DNA of 64,000 bases from Myxococcota bacterium (GTDB taxonomy: Bacteria; Myxococcota_A; UBA796; CAJQPC01), in contig DASCPX010000071.1 in NCBI GenBank assembly GCA_036012755.1, positions 1 through 64,000 on the forward strand, given 5' to 3'. This document shows, piece after piece, positions 9,369 through 19,385 of this stretch. Under the pieces are notes generated by a model. The model was not told the origin of the DNA. It saw only the letters and a program-made list of their open reading frames with translations, and ran no database searches. Within the stretch, counting starts at the first letter, position 1; every line of letters begins with the position of its first letter. A program made the translations under genes and the position numbers.

Positions 9369-10795
9369 TTCCCTTCTTGATCGGAACCGCGGGGGCCGTC
9401 GAGGTCTCCTACGAAGACGCGCTGCGCATGGCCGAGGAGGCGAACCCATCGATCGCCGGCGCGCGCCAGGACCTGTCGATCGCCGAGGGCGGGCTCTTCT
9501 CGGCTCGCGGCGTCTGGGATCCTGTGCTCACCTCTGGCGCGGGCCGGGCCTTCAGCACCTCGGAGCAGCGCGATCCCGCCTTCGGCCTCTACTACCAGAC
9601 GACCACCACGAACCTCTGGTGGAACGCCGGGCTCGGCCAGACGCTGCCCACCGGCACGTCCTGGTCGGTGGACTGGGAGAACTCCAGGAACGACTTCGCC
9701 GTCGAGCTCGACCCCGACAGCCCCTTCCAGGTCGAGGACTTCGCGGCGGGCTCCTCATCGCTCACCGCCTCCCTGTCACAGGAGCTGTTGAAGGGTCATC
9801 GCATGGCCTACAACCTCCAAGCCGTCACGACGGCACAGAACGCGGTGGACAGCGCTGACGCGGCCCTCCACGAGAAGCGGCAGTCCGTGCTCTCCGATGT
9901 CGCTGTCGCCTACTGGGATCTCGTCTACGCCGGGCAGTTCCTCGAGACCTCGCGAGAGGCGGTCGCGGTCGCCAAGGAGGAGCGCCGCATCGTCCGAGCC
10001 CAGCTCGAGGCCGGAAACATGGCTCCCGTCGAGCTGACGCGCGTGGAGGCGGCGGTGGCGCAGACGGAGCTCGCGCTGATCGAGGCGGAGAACCTCCACG
10101 CCTCCTCCCAGGCCAAGCTGGCGACGCTGTTGGCGCTGGACACCATGACCGTGAGCGTGACCACCCTCCCAGGAGACATCCCTCCGCTGGCCATCGACAT
10201 GGACAAGGCCATCGAGGCGACCATGGCCGGCAACCCCGGGCTCAGGGCGCAGCGGATCCAGATCGACGCAGCCGCCACCGAGCTGGTCGTCGCGCGCCAT
10301 GCCCAGCTCCCGTCCCTGACCGCCTCTGCCTCCGCGGGTTGGTCCGGCTACAACGACGAGGTAGGCGGCGGCTACCCGCTCGCCCGCCAGGAGGTCTTCG
10401 GGCGGGACTTCCCGAACCGCTACGTCGGGGCCGACTTCTCGGTGCCGCTGATGAACCGGGCCGCTCGCGGCGACCTGAGGACCAAGGCTGCGGGGGTGAC
10501 CCGAGCCGAGATCGACCTGCGGGCCATGGAGACCGCGCTGGCCGGGCAGGTCGCGCGCCTGGTCAGGGAGCTGGAGACCTCGCAGCGACGCCTGGAGCTG
10601 GCCGAGCTGAACCTGCGGCTCGCCGAGGAGACCCTGCTGGCCGAGAAGGCCTTGCAGGAGGCCGGCCGAGCCATCCAGAAGGACGTCCTCGCCGCTCAGC
10701 GCGAGCGCGACGCCGCAGAGGTCGAGGTGACGAAGGCGCGGACCGACTACCGCAAGGCCCTGGTGCAGCTCGAGGGTCTGCAGGGTCGGCTGTAG
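9365..10795 (+). CDS. TolC-family outer membrane efflux protein
   Basis: Two OEP-like helical halves (VAVAYWDL; QLPSLTASAS), GTGA coupling, and position at the end of the RND operon. Confidence 0.9.
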   Translation: MIPFLIGTAGAVEVSYEDALRMAEEANPSIAGARQDLSIAEGGLFSARGVWDPVLTSGAGRAFSTSEQRDPAFGLYYQTTTTNLWWNAGLGQTLPTGTSWSVDWENSRNDFAVELDPDSPFQVEDFAAGSSSLTASLSQELLKGHRMAYNLQAVTTAQNAVDSADAALHEKRQSVLSDVAVAYWDLVYAGQFLETSREAVAVAKEERRIVRAQLEAGNMAPVELTRVEAAVAQTELALIEAENLHASSQAKLATLLALDTMTVSVTTLPGDIPPLAIDMDKAIEATMAGNPGLRAQRIQIDAAATELVVARHAQLPSLTASASAGWSGYNDEVGGGYPLARQEVFGRDFPNRYVGADFSVPLMNRAARGDLRTKAAGVTRAEIDLRAMETALAGQVARLVRELETSQRRLELAELNLRLAEETLLAEKALQEAGRAIQKDVLAAQRERDAAEVEVTKARTDYRKALVQLEGLQGRL

Positions 10796-10798
10796 GCG

Positions 10799-12397
10799 CT
10801 ACGGAGTCGGCACCAGGCAAGGTCCGTCGTCCTGGCACACGCGGCCCTCGACGACCGCGAGGACCTGGCCAGAGAGCCCCTGGGACACGGCGTCCTTGAG
10901 CATGACGCCGTCCTCGACGATGTCGCCCATGTTCAGCGCGCCGTGGCCCTCTTGCCCGTAGCCGTCCTGGTCCCCGATCTTGGGATCGACCAGCCAGCTG
11001 ATCACGACGACGCGGTAGGTCGCGGCCGGGTCCAGGGCCACCGGGCCCTCGTTCGTGAGGATGTGCACCTCTGTTGCCTGGCCGTCGACGTGGCGGAAGC
11101 TCAGCCCGGAGGTCTGGAGCCAGCGGCCGTGCCCCGGCCAGCCGGTCACCGAGTGATTCAGGACCTCTGCGAGCCGGGCGCCGGAGATCTCGATCACGCG
11201 AACCGGCTCGTCGTAGGCGATGAGCTCCTCGATGGTGCGCCGCGTGATGGCCTCGCCCTGGGCGAGGTCGTGGTTCAGGCGCAGGGCGCCGGCGTTGATC
11301 AGGGCGACGTCCGCGCCGGTGGAGGCACGCAGGCCATCCGCGACCGCGTTGCCGAGCGCCGTCTCGCCCCGTCGCAGGGCGGTCTCGGTGCCGACCAGCT
11401 CCGTGCCAGCAGTGCCGATCACCCGATCGAGACAGCCCCAGTCGTCCTCGCAGACGGCCAGCTCGTAGGCGGTCCACCATGCCTGCGAGGCCGCCGCCAC
11501 CGCCGGGTCCTCTGCGACGGAGACGTCCAGGGCGACCGAGGAGTGCTCGACGGAGACCCCGCCGTCCGGCGCGAGGGTGATCCAGGCCACACGGGCCTCC
11601 ATCGCATCCGCCTGGGCCTTGAGCACGTAGCGCCCATCGACCTTGGCGGTCTCGGCCTCGTGCACCTGGCCCCCGAGCACCAGATCCGGGCCCTTGTCCT
11701 GGTGGCGAAGGAGCTCCGCGTCAGCCTCCGCCTCGAGGTGGGTCAGGGCCAGCACGACCTCGGCCCCGTCGGCCCGGACAGCCACGGTCTGGGCGGCCGC
11801 CGAGGCGAGGTAGTCGCCCTCGATCAGGGCATATGCGGGCTTCTTCATGTCGGTGGTGAGCCCGAAGACCCCGACCTGCACACCGTTGACGTCGAGCACG
11901 AGGCGCTCTGAGACCCCGGCGATCTTCGCGGCGGGTACCCAGCGCACGTTGCTGGCGACCCAGTGGAAGCCAGAGCGCCCGAAGAGGTTGCCGAGCAGCG
12001 CGGCGTCCTTCATCTGGGAGCGGTCGAAGTCGTGGTTGCCCGGGACTGCGATCATGTAGTCGTCGTCGGAGTCCGCGTCGCCGTCGAGCAGGTTGAGGAC
12101 CTCGACCTTCTGCCGCCCGTCGAAGGCCCGCGACAGCGCGGAGGGGAAGAGCACGTCGCCCCCGTGCGTGAGCAACACCGGCCCACCGCACTCGGCCTCC
12201 AGCTGGGTCCGCAGGGTGCGCACGCGAGCCAGCCCGCCGCGATCGCCGTGCCCGCTGATCCGGTAGACGTCGTTGACGTGGAGGACGACGAAGGTGCGAG
12301 AGCCATCGTCCTGCAGACCACAACGCCCAGGGGCATCGGCGGCGACCTCGGTGGAGACGTTCTTCGGACAGGCGAGCAGCGAAAGGAATGTCAGCAT
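10799..12397 (-). CDS. Bifunctional metallophosphatase/5'-nucleotidase family lipoprotein
   Basis: Motifs LHVNDVY, GGD, GNHDFD, ALTH, ETALGNAVAD and NAGALR; lipobox LLAC. The last metal-binding motif reads GGQVH rather than GGHxH. Confidence 0.88.
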   Translation of the reverse strand: MLTFLSLLACPKNVSTEVAADAPGRCGLQDDGSRTFVVLHVNDVYRISGHGDRGGLARVRTLRTQLEAECGGPVLLTHGGDVLFPSALSRAFDGRQKVEVLNLLDGDADSDDDYMIAVPGNHDFDRSQMKDAALLGNLFGRSGFHWVASNVRWVPAAKIAGVSERLVLDVNGVQVGVFGLTTDMKKPAYALIEGDYLASAAAQTVAVRADGAEVVLALTHLEAEADAELLRHQDKGPDLVLGGQVHEAETAKVDGRYVLKAQADAMEARVAWITLAPDGGVSVEHSSVALDVSVAEDPAVAAASQAWWTAYELAVCEDDWGCLDRVIGTAGTELVGTETALRRGETALGNAVADGLRASTGADVALINAGALRLNHDLAQGEAITRRTIEELIAYDEPVRVIEISGARLAEVLNHSVTGWPGHGRWLQTSGLSFRHVDGQATEVHILTNEGPVALDPAATYRVVVISWLVDPKIGDQDGYGQEGHGALNMGDIVEDGVMLKDAVSQGLSGQVLAVVEGRVCQDDGPCLVPTP

Positions 12398-12406
12398 GGC
12401 CCGCGC

Positions 12407-13084
12407 TTATGCCGAGCCCGCACCTCGATCCAGCAGCTGAGCGGCGGGAGTCATCAGGCGCAGGACCGCGCCGACCCGAGCGGTGGTCCCGACGGGGACG
12501 CTGCGGCTGGCGTCGCGGTCGTTCCGGACCTCCAGGTGGAGGACGTCCCCGACCCGCGTGGTGCCGCTGAACATCGCGCCCTCCGGGACGTGGACGGAGA
12601 GCTCGACCAGGGTGTCCTCGAGCGCCTTCTCGCTGCGCTGCTCCATGTAGTTCTGCGCTCCTCCGTGGAGGACCTTGTGAGCCTCGCCGCCGGTGAGGAA
12701 GAGCTCCCGGTACTCGTCGAGGTCAGCGGTCAACACAGCGTGAAACACGAACCGCCCGAGCTCGTCGTCGCTCACAGGATCGTGGCGCAAGGGGCGACGG
12801 GTGGTTTCCTGGCGCTGGGGCTGCATGCGGGAGACGAGCCAGAGCCCCAGCAGCGCTGCGACGGCGATGTAGTAGGGCGTGTAATCCCGCCCATCTACGT
12901 CGCCGCGATTCCTCGACGCACGTCGACGGTCCTTGCGGCCGGCAGTCGGCTCGACGACTTCCTCTTCCGTCCCCGAGTCGCCCGAGTCAGCGCTGTCTTC
13001 GACCAGCGCCTCCGGCGCCTCCTCGGGGGGTTCCTGGCCGCCGACCGGAGAGGTCAGCGCGAAGCCGAGGAGCAGTGCGCACAT
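12407..13084 (-). CDS. Hypothetical membrane-anchored protein
   Basis: Start reassigned to MCALLLGFALTS, preceded by TAGACT at 7 nt. It has an acidic linker, one TM (YYIAVAALLGLWLV) and a globular C-terminus. Confidence 0.65.
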   Translation of the reverse strand: MCALLLGFALTSPVGGQEPPEEAPEALVEDSADSGDSGTEEEVVEPTAGRKDRRRASRNRGDVDGRDYTPYYIAVAALLGLWLVSRMQPQRQETTRRPLRHDPVSDDELGRFVFHAVLTADLDEYRELFLTGGEAHKVLHGGAQNYMEQRSEKALEDTLVELSVHVPEGAMFSGTTRVGDVLHLEVRNDRDASRSVPVGTTARVGAVLRLMTPAAQLLDRGAGSA

Positions 13085-13100
13085 CCGCCAAAGTCTACCT

Positions 13101-14366
13101 TCAACCACCCCGCTGGAGCACCGCCGCGAAGAACCCATCGGTCCCGTGAACGCCTGACTCCAGCTGCAGGTATGGACCCCCGAGATCTGCTGCCCGCGCG
13201 CTCCCGAGCGGCTCGGCGATTGGCACGACGCTGAAGCCGGGGTGTGCAGCGAGGAAGTCCTCGACCTGGTCCTGGTTCTCGGGGCGCAGCACCGAACAGG
13301 TCGCGTAGATCAGTCTTCCGCCGGGACGAACAATCGCCGCTGCTCGGCGCAGGAGGTCCCGCTGAAGGGCCACCTGCCCGTCGCGCCATGGCGGGCTCAG
13401 CCTCCACCGCAACATCGGGTTCCGGCGCAGGGTCCCGCTGCCTGTGCACGGGGCATCGACGAGCACGCGAGCGGCGGGGCGAACATCGATCGGCGCGGCG
13501 GGGTCGATGCGCCGGGTCGCCAGCTCCACGCCAGCGCGCCGAGCCCGTGAGCGTGCCTGCTTCAGGGCGGAGCTCCTCACGTCGAGGGCCTCCACCCGAA
13601 CCCCACGAGGTGCTCGGGCCAGGACGGCCAGGGACTTCCCGCCGGCTCCGGCGCAGAGATCCACGACGCGGCTGCGCCTGGGGGGCTTCACCAGCTCCGC
13701 CACCAGCTGGGATCCCTCGTCCTGGACCTCGACGCGCCCCTGTCTCCAGGCGTCGTGATCCCCGAGCGCGGTCCGTCCAGCGACGACCAGCCCATACAGC
13801 GCAAAGCGAGTGCGTTGCACGGCGAGACCGGAAGCTCGCAGCTCGGCGAGGACCTCTTCGACCGGAGCGTTGCACCTCAGGGTCAGGGGGGCCCGGTCGT
13901 CGAGCGCGGACACGAAGCGCTCTGCGACGTCGAGGTCCTCGAGGTCGTCGACGAACCACTCTGGTAGGGACCCCTGGAGCGCGAGGCGCTCGCGGCGCCC
14001 CTCGGGGAGCACACACTCGGCGCCGAAGACGTCCTCTCCAAAGACCTCGGCGGCGCGAGACGACGGGAGCCCGCAGGCCACGATCATCCTGGTCCAGAGG
14101 GCCTCGACGCGCCGCTCGCCGGACCACCCGCCGGCGCGCAACGCACCCTCCAACCAGCGGCTGCTCCGCACCACCGCAAAGAACAGCTCGCGGACCGGGC
14201 GACGCCGAGCGCTGCCGATCCACCGGGCTTCGCGAAAGGCACGCAGGACGCGCCCTTGGGCGTGGTGGTCCCCCCAGACATCCGCGAGCAGCTCGCGGGT
14301 GAAGCGGCCGGGCGAACCGACGAGGGCGTCTTCGAGGACCTCGGCAACCAACTCGGGCGGTCTCAC
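13101..14366 (-). CDS. RsmB/NOP family SAM-dependent RNA m5C methyltransferase
   Basis: Motifs VQDEGSQL, DLCAGAGGKS, DAPCTGSG and YATCS. The start is trimmed to GTG 14366 because the upstream part of the ORF is antisense to the next gene. Confidence 0.9.
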   Translation of the reverse strand: MRPPELVAEVLEDALVGSPGRFTRELLADVWGDHHAQGRVLRAFREARWIGSARRRPVRELFFAVVRSSRWLEGALRAGGWSGERRVEALWTRMIVACGLPSSRAAEVFGEDVFGAECVLPEGRRERLALQGSLPEWFVDDLEDLDVAERFVSALDDRAPLTLRCNAPVEEVLAELRASGLAVQRTRFALYGLVVAGRTALGDHDAWRQGRVEVQDEGSQLVAELVKPPRRSRVVDLCAGAGGKSLAVLARAPRGVRVEALDVRSSALKQARSRARRAGVELATRRIDPAAPIDVRPAARVLVDAPCTGSGTLRRNPMLRWRLSPPWRDGQVALQRDLLRRAAAIVRPGGRLIYATCSVLRPENQDQVEDFLAAHPGFSVVPIAEPLGSARAADLGGPYLQLESGVHGTDGFFAAVLQRGG

Positions 14367-14408
14367 GGCGCATCCGGTATGGTCGGGGCCCCCCCTTCGC
14401 CAGGGTCG

Positions 14409-15380
14409 ATGGCCGACGATCGCTGCCCGGAATGCCAAAAAGGCACGCTGTCGTGGGATACGCGGCGGGTGCGCAACCAGCCCGTCGATCTCTACGTCTG
14501 CGACCGCTGCAAGTACGTCCTCGCAGAGGAGGACTGGCACCTGCCGCTGGACCCCCCGGAGCCCGGGAGTTGCCGCAACTGTGGGGGCATTCGGCGCAAG
14601 GGCCGCTGCGCTCGCTGTGGTCTGACCGCGATGGAGGACGCAGAGGTCCACCAGGAGCTGCGCGCCCTCATCGACCAGGACACCGACTACCTCGTCGCCG
14701 CGAGCGTGGCCTCGGACGCCGGCCGAAAGCTCCTGGCGCTCAAGCTGGCCACCGCCGCCTGCCACGAGGGACACGACCAGGACGTCGGACGCCTGTTCCG
14801 CCTGTCGCTGTTGCAGGACCTCGGCGAGCTGGCAGCTGCCTTGTCCGACTGCAAGCACTGGATTCGAGGCGGGGGCGCCGAGTCCGCTGTCGCCTGGGCT
14901 GTCTACGGCGAGATGCTGCTGAACAACCTGCGCCAGGGCGAGGCGACGGAGGCCTTCCGCACGGCCTTGCGCCTGGACCCAGAGGACCACCTGACCCGGG
15001 CACGCCTGTCGCGTCACCTCTACGCGATGGGGCGCTATGCCCAGGCACGGGAGGGCGCACAGAGCGTGCTGCAGCAGATCCCCGACGGCGAGCCCGCGAC
15101 GATCGCCCGGGACGTGATGTCCGAGTACGCCCTGCACCTGATGCGAAGGGGGGACCTCGTGGCGGTGCGCGATGTGCTCGGGGCGGCGGGTGCGGCCCAC
15201 ATCGAGCTCTCTGCCCGTATGCTCGCGCTGGAAGCCTGGCTGCTCTGGGAGGACGGGCGGCTGGACCCTGCAAAACAGCGCCTGCGAGAGGCCCACCGCG
15301 TCGACCCCGACGACCCCCTCGTCGGGGAGCTCAAAGGTCCACTCGGCGTCAAGCGCTGGTCCTGGTGGACCTGGAACTGA
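14409..15380 (+). CDS. Double zinc-ribbon plus tetratricopeptide-repeat protein
   Basis: CPEC/CDRC and CRNC/CARC pairs followed by TPR-like helices (AWAVYGEML..ALRLDP; AHRVDP). Confidence 0.75.
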   Translation: MADDRCPECQKGTLSWDTRRVRNQPVDLYVCDRCKYVLAEEDWHLPLDPPEPGSCRNCGGIRRKGRCARCGLTAMEDAEVHQELRALIDQDTDYLVAASVASDAGRKLLALKLATAACHEGHDQDVGRLFRLSLLQDLGELAAALSDCKHWIRGGGAESAVAWAVYGEMLLNNLRQGEATEAFRTALRLDPEDHLTRARLSRHLYAMGRYAQAREGAQSVLQQIPDGEPATIARDVMSEYALHLMRRGDLVAVRDVLGAAGAAHIELSARMLALEAWLLWEDGRLDPAKQRLREAHRVDPDDPLVGELKGPLGVKRWSWWTWN

Positions 15381-15415
15381 TTCTGGGGGCTATCCTGAGC
15401 GCCGGAGGACTCCGG

Positions 15416-17758
15416 ATGGTTCTTTTGATGGTCGCTTGTACGCGCTGCGGCACGACGACGGAGATAGTGCCGGTCACCGCCGAGCTCGAAGGCTCCACGC
15501 CTGTCCGCGTCGAGGTCGGCAGCATGACCGCCGCGGGCGAGGTGGGCGTCGAAGTGCGGCTGGTGAATGCCTACGGCGTCGCCATCCCTGGCGACTTCAA
15601 CACGGTCGACGTGTCCATCGCCGGCTCGATCCTCAACATCACGACGGACAACGTGACGCTCGACTCCATGGGCTACGGCGTCGTCCTCGTCTCCAGCTCG
15701 ATCCCCCAGGAGATCACGGTCACCCCGACCGGCTCCGCCGATGGTGCCACCTCCGGGGAGCCCAAGGCGAGCTGGATCACGAGCGCCGATGCACCCGAGG
15801 TGGGCCTCTACGGCGGCTGGCCCACGGAGCTCGCCCCCGAGTTCATGGTCGCGGTCGAGTCGGGCATGGTCCTTGGTGTCGACGAGACCGTGCTCTGGCA
15901 GGACGGGGACTTCCGGACCCCCGCGCAGGAGGTCGCCCGCTTCCCGACCGCCATCGAGGGCCTGGCCGGCTCTGACATCGACGCCGACGGCATACCCGAT
16001 GTCGTGGCGTGGACCTCCAGCGAGGTGGTCCTGATGCGCGGTCGCGCCGGCGGCGGCTTCACCTGGGGTGGCGGCTTCGAGGTCCCCGGCCACAGCATCG
16101 CCGGTGCCGCGCTGGGCGACGTCGACGGAGACAACGTCCCGGACCTGGTCATCGCCTTCGGGGACGGCAACAGCGGCGGCTTCCAGGTCCTCCATGGCGA
16201 CGGCGTCTGGGGCTGGGAGCCCGCCTTGCCCTACCAGCCGGACATCACGCCCTGGTCCGTGGCCGTCGGTGAAGTCACCGCTGGCGACGGCGCCGAGATC
16301 GTGCTCCTGACCGAGGGCAGCTCGGGGCTGGGCACCGTCCACCGCCTCGCGTGGAGTGACGGCAACTGGGTAGAGGCGGGGATCGTGCTCGGCGGGACCG
16401 ACATCACCCCGCCGCTGGAGGAGGGCTCACGCCTCCTCCCCTGCGAGGATCTGGATGGAGACGGCGCGGCGGAGATCGTCGCGGTCGGACCGCCCAGCTG
16501 GGACGCCCTCCGCGTCCTCGCCTTCTGGACCTTCAAGACCAACGCCAAGCAGTACGTCATCGACCAGTACGCCGGCTGGACCCTGAGCCTCGGAGATGTC
16601 AGCGGCGACGGCATCGCGGACCTCGTCATGGCCGAGGGTGATCCGGAGCAGCTCCGGATCGTCACCTCGGATCACAACGAAGCCAGCGAGTTCCTCAACC
16701 GCGCGGTCGCGTCGATCCACACGGGGGGGCCGGTCGGCGTCGGCGACTTCACCAGCGACGGCGTGCCGGACGTGATCATCGCCTCAGAGGTCCTGGCACT
16801 GTATCCGGGCCGCGCCGAGTTCCCCTGGGACCTCGCAGACGACGGCTTCGTCACCTTCGGCGTCTACAGCCACGGTGTGGCGCCGCTGCTCGTAGAGGAC
16901 TGGGACGGCGACGGCTGGCCAGAGATCGTGGCCATCCGCAAGCCCCAGGACGCCAACGAGACCACCCTGCGCGTGTACCACCTCGAGCCCGACGACGGCG
17001 ACAGCTACCGCCTCGTCAGCCAGTCCGATCACGAGATCGACCTGGAGGGCACCTCGGGCACTGCTGTCGCGGAAGGCCTGGACCTGGCTCGCTGCGGTGA
17101 GTCCCTGTTCGCGCTGACCGAAGACAACGGCCAGTGGCTCTGGGCTGCAGACGCGGACCTCGCGACCGGAGCGATCACCGAGATCGGGGTCGTCGAGGCC
17201 AGCGGTCACAAGCTCGCTTGCGGGAATCTGGGCTCCGCCAGCGTGGTCGTCGTCGACGAGGTCGGGACCTGGACCAGCTACGACGGAGACCTCGACGAGG
17301 TCGACAGCGGCAGCATCGGCGAGGTCGTCGGCGACATCGCCATCGCCGACACGGACGGCTCTGGGGCAGCGATCGTCACCTGCCCGGCAGAGGACTGCTC
17401 GATCGAGAAGGCCGACCTCGACGGAGACGGCATGGACGAGGTCCTCGTCGGAGGCTCCGATCCCTCTGCCAGCGGCTGGCAGCTCGACTTCGACTTCGGC
17501 CTCGGCGGAGAGGTCAGCATCATGGACCTCGACGACGACGGACGCCTCGATGTCGCCTTCACCGACACGACGACCTCGCGCGTGGCCGTGTACCGCAGCC
17601 TCGAGACCGCCTTCGCCCCGGCCCTGGTGTTCCACGTCCGCCGCAGCTTCTCCGGACCCGCCCGAATGGCGGATGCCGACGGCGACGGCCAGCCCGAGCT
17701 CTTCTTCGCCAACGGCGACGGCAACCTGCTCAGGTCGGGGCTCTCGAGCGAACGTTGA
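15416..17758 (+). CDS. FG-GAP/VCBS repeat (integrin-like beta-propeller) lipoprotein
   Basis: Multiple DxDGDGxxD repeats (DIDADGIPD, DVDGDNVPD, DLDGDGAAE, DWDGDGWPE, DADGDGQPE); N-terminus MVLLMVAC. Confidence 0.85.
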   Translation: MVLLMVACTRCGTTTEIVPVTAELEGSTPVRVEVGSMTAAGEVGVEVRLVNAYGVAIPGDFNTVDVSIAGSILNITTDNVTLDSMGYGVVLVSSSIPQEITVTPTGSADGATSGEPKASWITSADAPEVGLYGGWPTELAPEFMVAVESGMVLGVDETVLWQDGDFRTPAQEVARFPTAIEGLAGSDIDADGIPDVVAWTSSEVVLMRGRAGGGFTWGGGFEVPGHSIAGAALGDVDGDNVPDLVIAFGDGNSGGFQVLHGDGVWGWEPALPYQPDITPWSVAVGEVTAGDGAEIVLLTEGSSGLGTVHRLAWSDGNWVEAGIVLGGTDITPPLEEGSRLLPCEDLDGDGAAEIVAVGPPSWDALRVLAFWTFKTNAKQYVIDQYAGWTLSLGDVSGDGIADLVMAEGDPEQLRIVTSDHNEASEFLNRAVASIHTGGPVGVGDFTSDGVPDVIIASEVLALYPGRAEFPWDLADDGFVTFGVYSHGVAPLLVEDWDGDGWPEIVAIRKPQDANETTLRVYHLEPDDGDSYRLVSQSDHEIDLEGTSGTAVAEGLDLARCGESLFALTEDNGQWLWAADADLATGAITEIGVVEASGHKLACGNLGSASVVVVDEVGTWTSYDGDLDEVDSGSIGEVVGDIAIADTDGSGAAIVTCPAEDCSIEKADLDGDGMDEVLVGGSDPSASGWQLDFDFGLGGEVSIMDLDDDGRLDVAFTDTTTSRVAVYRSLETAFAPALVFHVRRSFSGPARMADADGDGQPELFFANGDGNLLRSGLSSER

Positions 17759-18807
17759 TCCTCTTGTTGCTCGCGGCGACGTGGGAGTCCCCGCGGGTGC
17801 CGCCAGGCGAGGGCTCGACCGCCGCCGAGTGCGGAGCCTGCCACCAGGAGATCTACGCGGAGTGGAAGGCCTCCGTGCACGCTCATGCCTGGACGGACGT
17901 GCAGTTCCAGCAGGAGCTGGCGAAGGACCCAGAGGTCGGCTGGCTCTGCCTGAACTGCCACACCCCGGCCAGCGACCAGCAGGCCGAGCTCGCCCTCCAC
18001 ACCGGAAAGGTCCGCGAGCCCCAGAGGAGCCCCTCTCCCGCCTTCTCCGCCGCCTTCCGAGACGAGGGCCTCAGCTGCGTCGGCTGCCACTGGCGCCCAG
18101 AGGGCATCGCCGGTCCCTTCGGCGACACAGAGGCACCCCACGCGGTGGTGAAGGCGCCGGAGCTGCTCGACAACACGGCGTGCACGAGCTGTCACCAGGC
18201 GGTCAGCACCTACGAAGAGGCCCTGGTCTGCCACTTCAACACCGGCGAGGAGTGGTCCGAATCCGGCTCCTCCTCCACCTGCCAGAGCTGCCACATGCCG
18301 GAGGTCACCCGGGCGCTGGTTCCAGGCGGCGTGGAGCGCCCTGGTCGCCGCCACCTCTTCCTCGGCAGCGGCATCCCGAAGGACTCGCTGCCCCCAGAAG
18401 AGGTCGCCTTCTACTCCCTGTTCCCGCCAGCAGTGGACGTGGAGTTCGTCGGCGACGAGGTCGTCCTGACCAACTCGCGGGCGGACCACCTGGTGCCGAC
18501 CGGAGACCCCGAGCGCTACCTGCTGGTGAAGGTCGAGGCGCTGGACGCCAAGGGCCAGGTCCTGGCCACCACCACCTACCGCATCGGCCAGGTCTGGGAG
18601 TGGTGGCCAGCCGCGAAGCAGATCGCCGACAACCGCCTGCAGCCCGGAGAGACCCGCCGCATCCCCGTAGAGGTACCCCGGCGCACCAAGGAGCTCCACG
18701 TGCTGGTGGAGCACTACCGGATCTCACCGGACAACGCCGAATACCACGGCCTGGAGGGCTACCCGACAAAGCGCCTGGTGCACGAGGAGCGCCGGCGGAT
18801 CGACTGA
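17755..18807 (+). CDS. Multiheme (pentaheme) c-type cytochrome
   Basis: Five CxxCH motifs (CGACH, CLNCH, CVGCH, CTSCH, CQSCH), plus EWKASVHA and PTGDPER. The TTG start overlaps the upstream stop (TTGA). Confidence 0.9.
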   Translation: MILLLLAATWESPRVPPGEGSTAAECGACHQEIYAEWKASVHAHAWTDVQFQQELAKDPEVGWLCLNCHTPASDQQAELALHTGKVREPQRSPSPAFSAAFRDEGLSCVGCHWRPEGIAGPFGDTEAPHAVVKAPELLDNTACTSCHQAVSTYEEALVCHFNTGEEWSESGSSSTCQSCHMPEVTRALVPGGVERPGRRHLFLGSGIPKDSLPPEEVAFYSLFPPAVDVEFVGDEVVLTNSRADHLVPTGDPERYLLVKVEALDAKGQVLATTTYRIGQVWEWWPAAKQIADNRLQPGETRRIPVEVPRRTKELHVLVEHYRISPDNAEYHGLEGYPTKRLVHEERRRID

Positions 18808-18812
18808 GGTAG

Positions 18813-19049
18813 TCTGGCCGGGGCAAGGAAGGCACGAAGGGTCATGCTGACTGTCAAACGCGCCGTTACGCAGCGCTCGAAGCTCCGCTCTCCCTGCTCA
18901 GCGCGACGGTCGACGGAGAGGACGCCGTCGGTCACCCCTGGGGTGAAGCCGGCACGATCACACTCCTCGTCTACGATGAGGACCGTGACCGCTACGACAT
19001 CTCGGTTTCTGCCCACGAGGAAGGGCAGTTCGGGGGGTACCCGCAGTGA
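18813..19049 (+). pseudogene. Start-less gene remnant (3' end of an unknown gene)
   Basis: Frame open from after TAG 18810-18812 to TGA 19047-19049 with no ATG/GTG/TTG. It reads ...LSATVDGEDAVGHPWGEAGTITLLVYDEDRDRYDISVSAHEEGQFGGYPQ*, and its stop overlaps the next GTG (GTGA). Confidence 0.4.
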
Positions 19050-19339
19050 GATGGCTCTTTTCCGCGGTGCTCCTGGGAATTGGGCTAGTCGCCGGCATAC
19101 TGCTGTCGTCGTGCCTACGCTGTCCGCCCACTTCATACGAGGCAGTGCCAAACGGGACCTACGCGCTCGTTCTCCCGGATGGACCCGACAACGGAGAGCT
19201 GATCAGTGAGTTGATCGGTGTAGGCGTCGTCGAGGCCGAGACCCTCACCATCGAGTACACGGACGAGTCCGGCACCTGGCTGGTCGAGTACGAGATCGGC
19301 GAGTACGCCGTGTTGGATGCCAATGGGGACCCGCTGTGA
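19046..19339 (+). CDS. Small lipoprotein of unknown function
   Basis: Signal peptide with lipobox (MRWLFSAVLLGIGLVAGILLSSC) and an acidic beta-rich body. Confidence 0.6.
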   Translation: MRWLFSAVLLGIGLVAGILLSSCLRCPPTSYEAVPNGTYALVLPDGPDNGELISELIGVGVVEAETLTIEYTDESGTWLVEYEIGEYAVLDANGDPL

Positions 19340-19385
19340 CCCGCCGACGCGGACTGACAGGAAGCGGTGCACAGGGAGAACCCCC

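Noticed and set aside
13101..17758. Long N-terminal extensions in the ORF track (13101-15296, 14256, 14432, 17134; also 26512, 29987, 35061, 59352)
   Set aside because: They overlap real genes and are low-complexity Arg/Pro/Gly-rich. Starts were reassigned to downstream codons.
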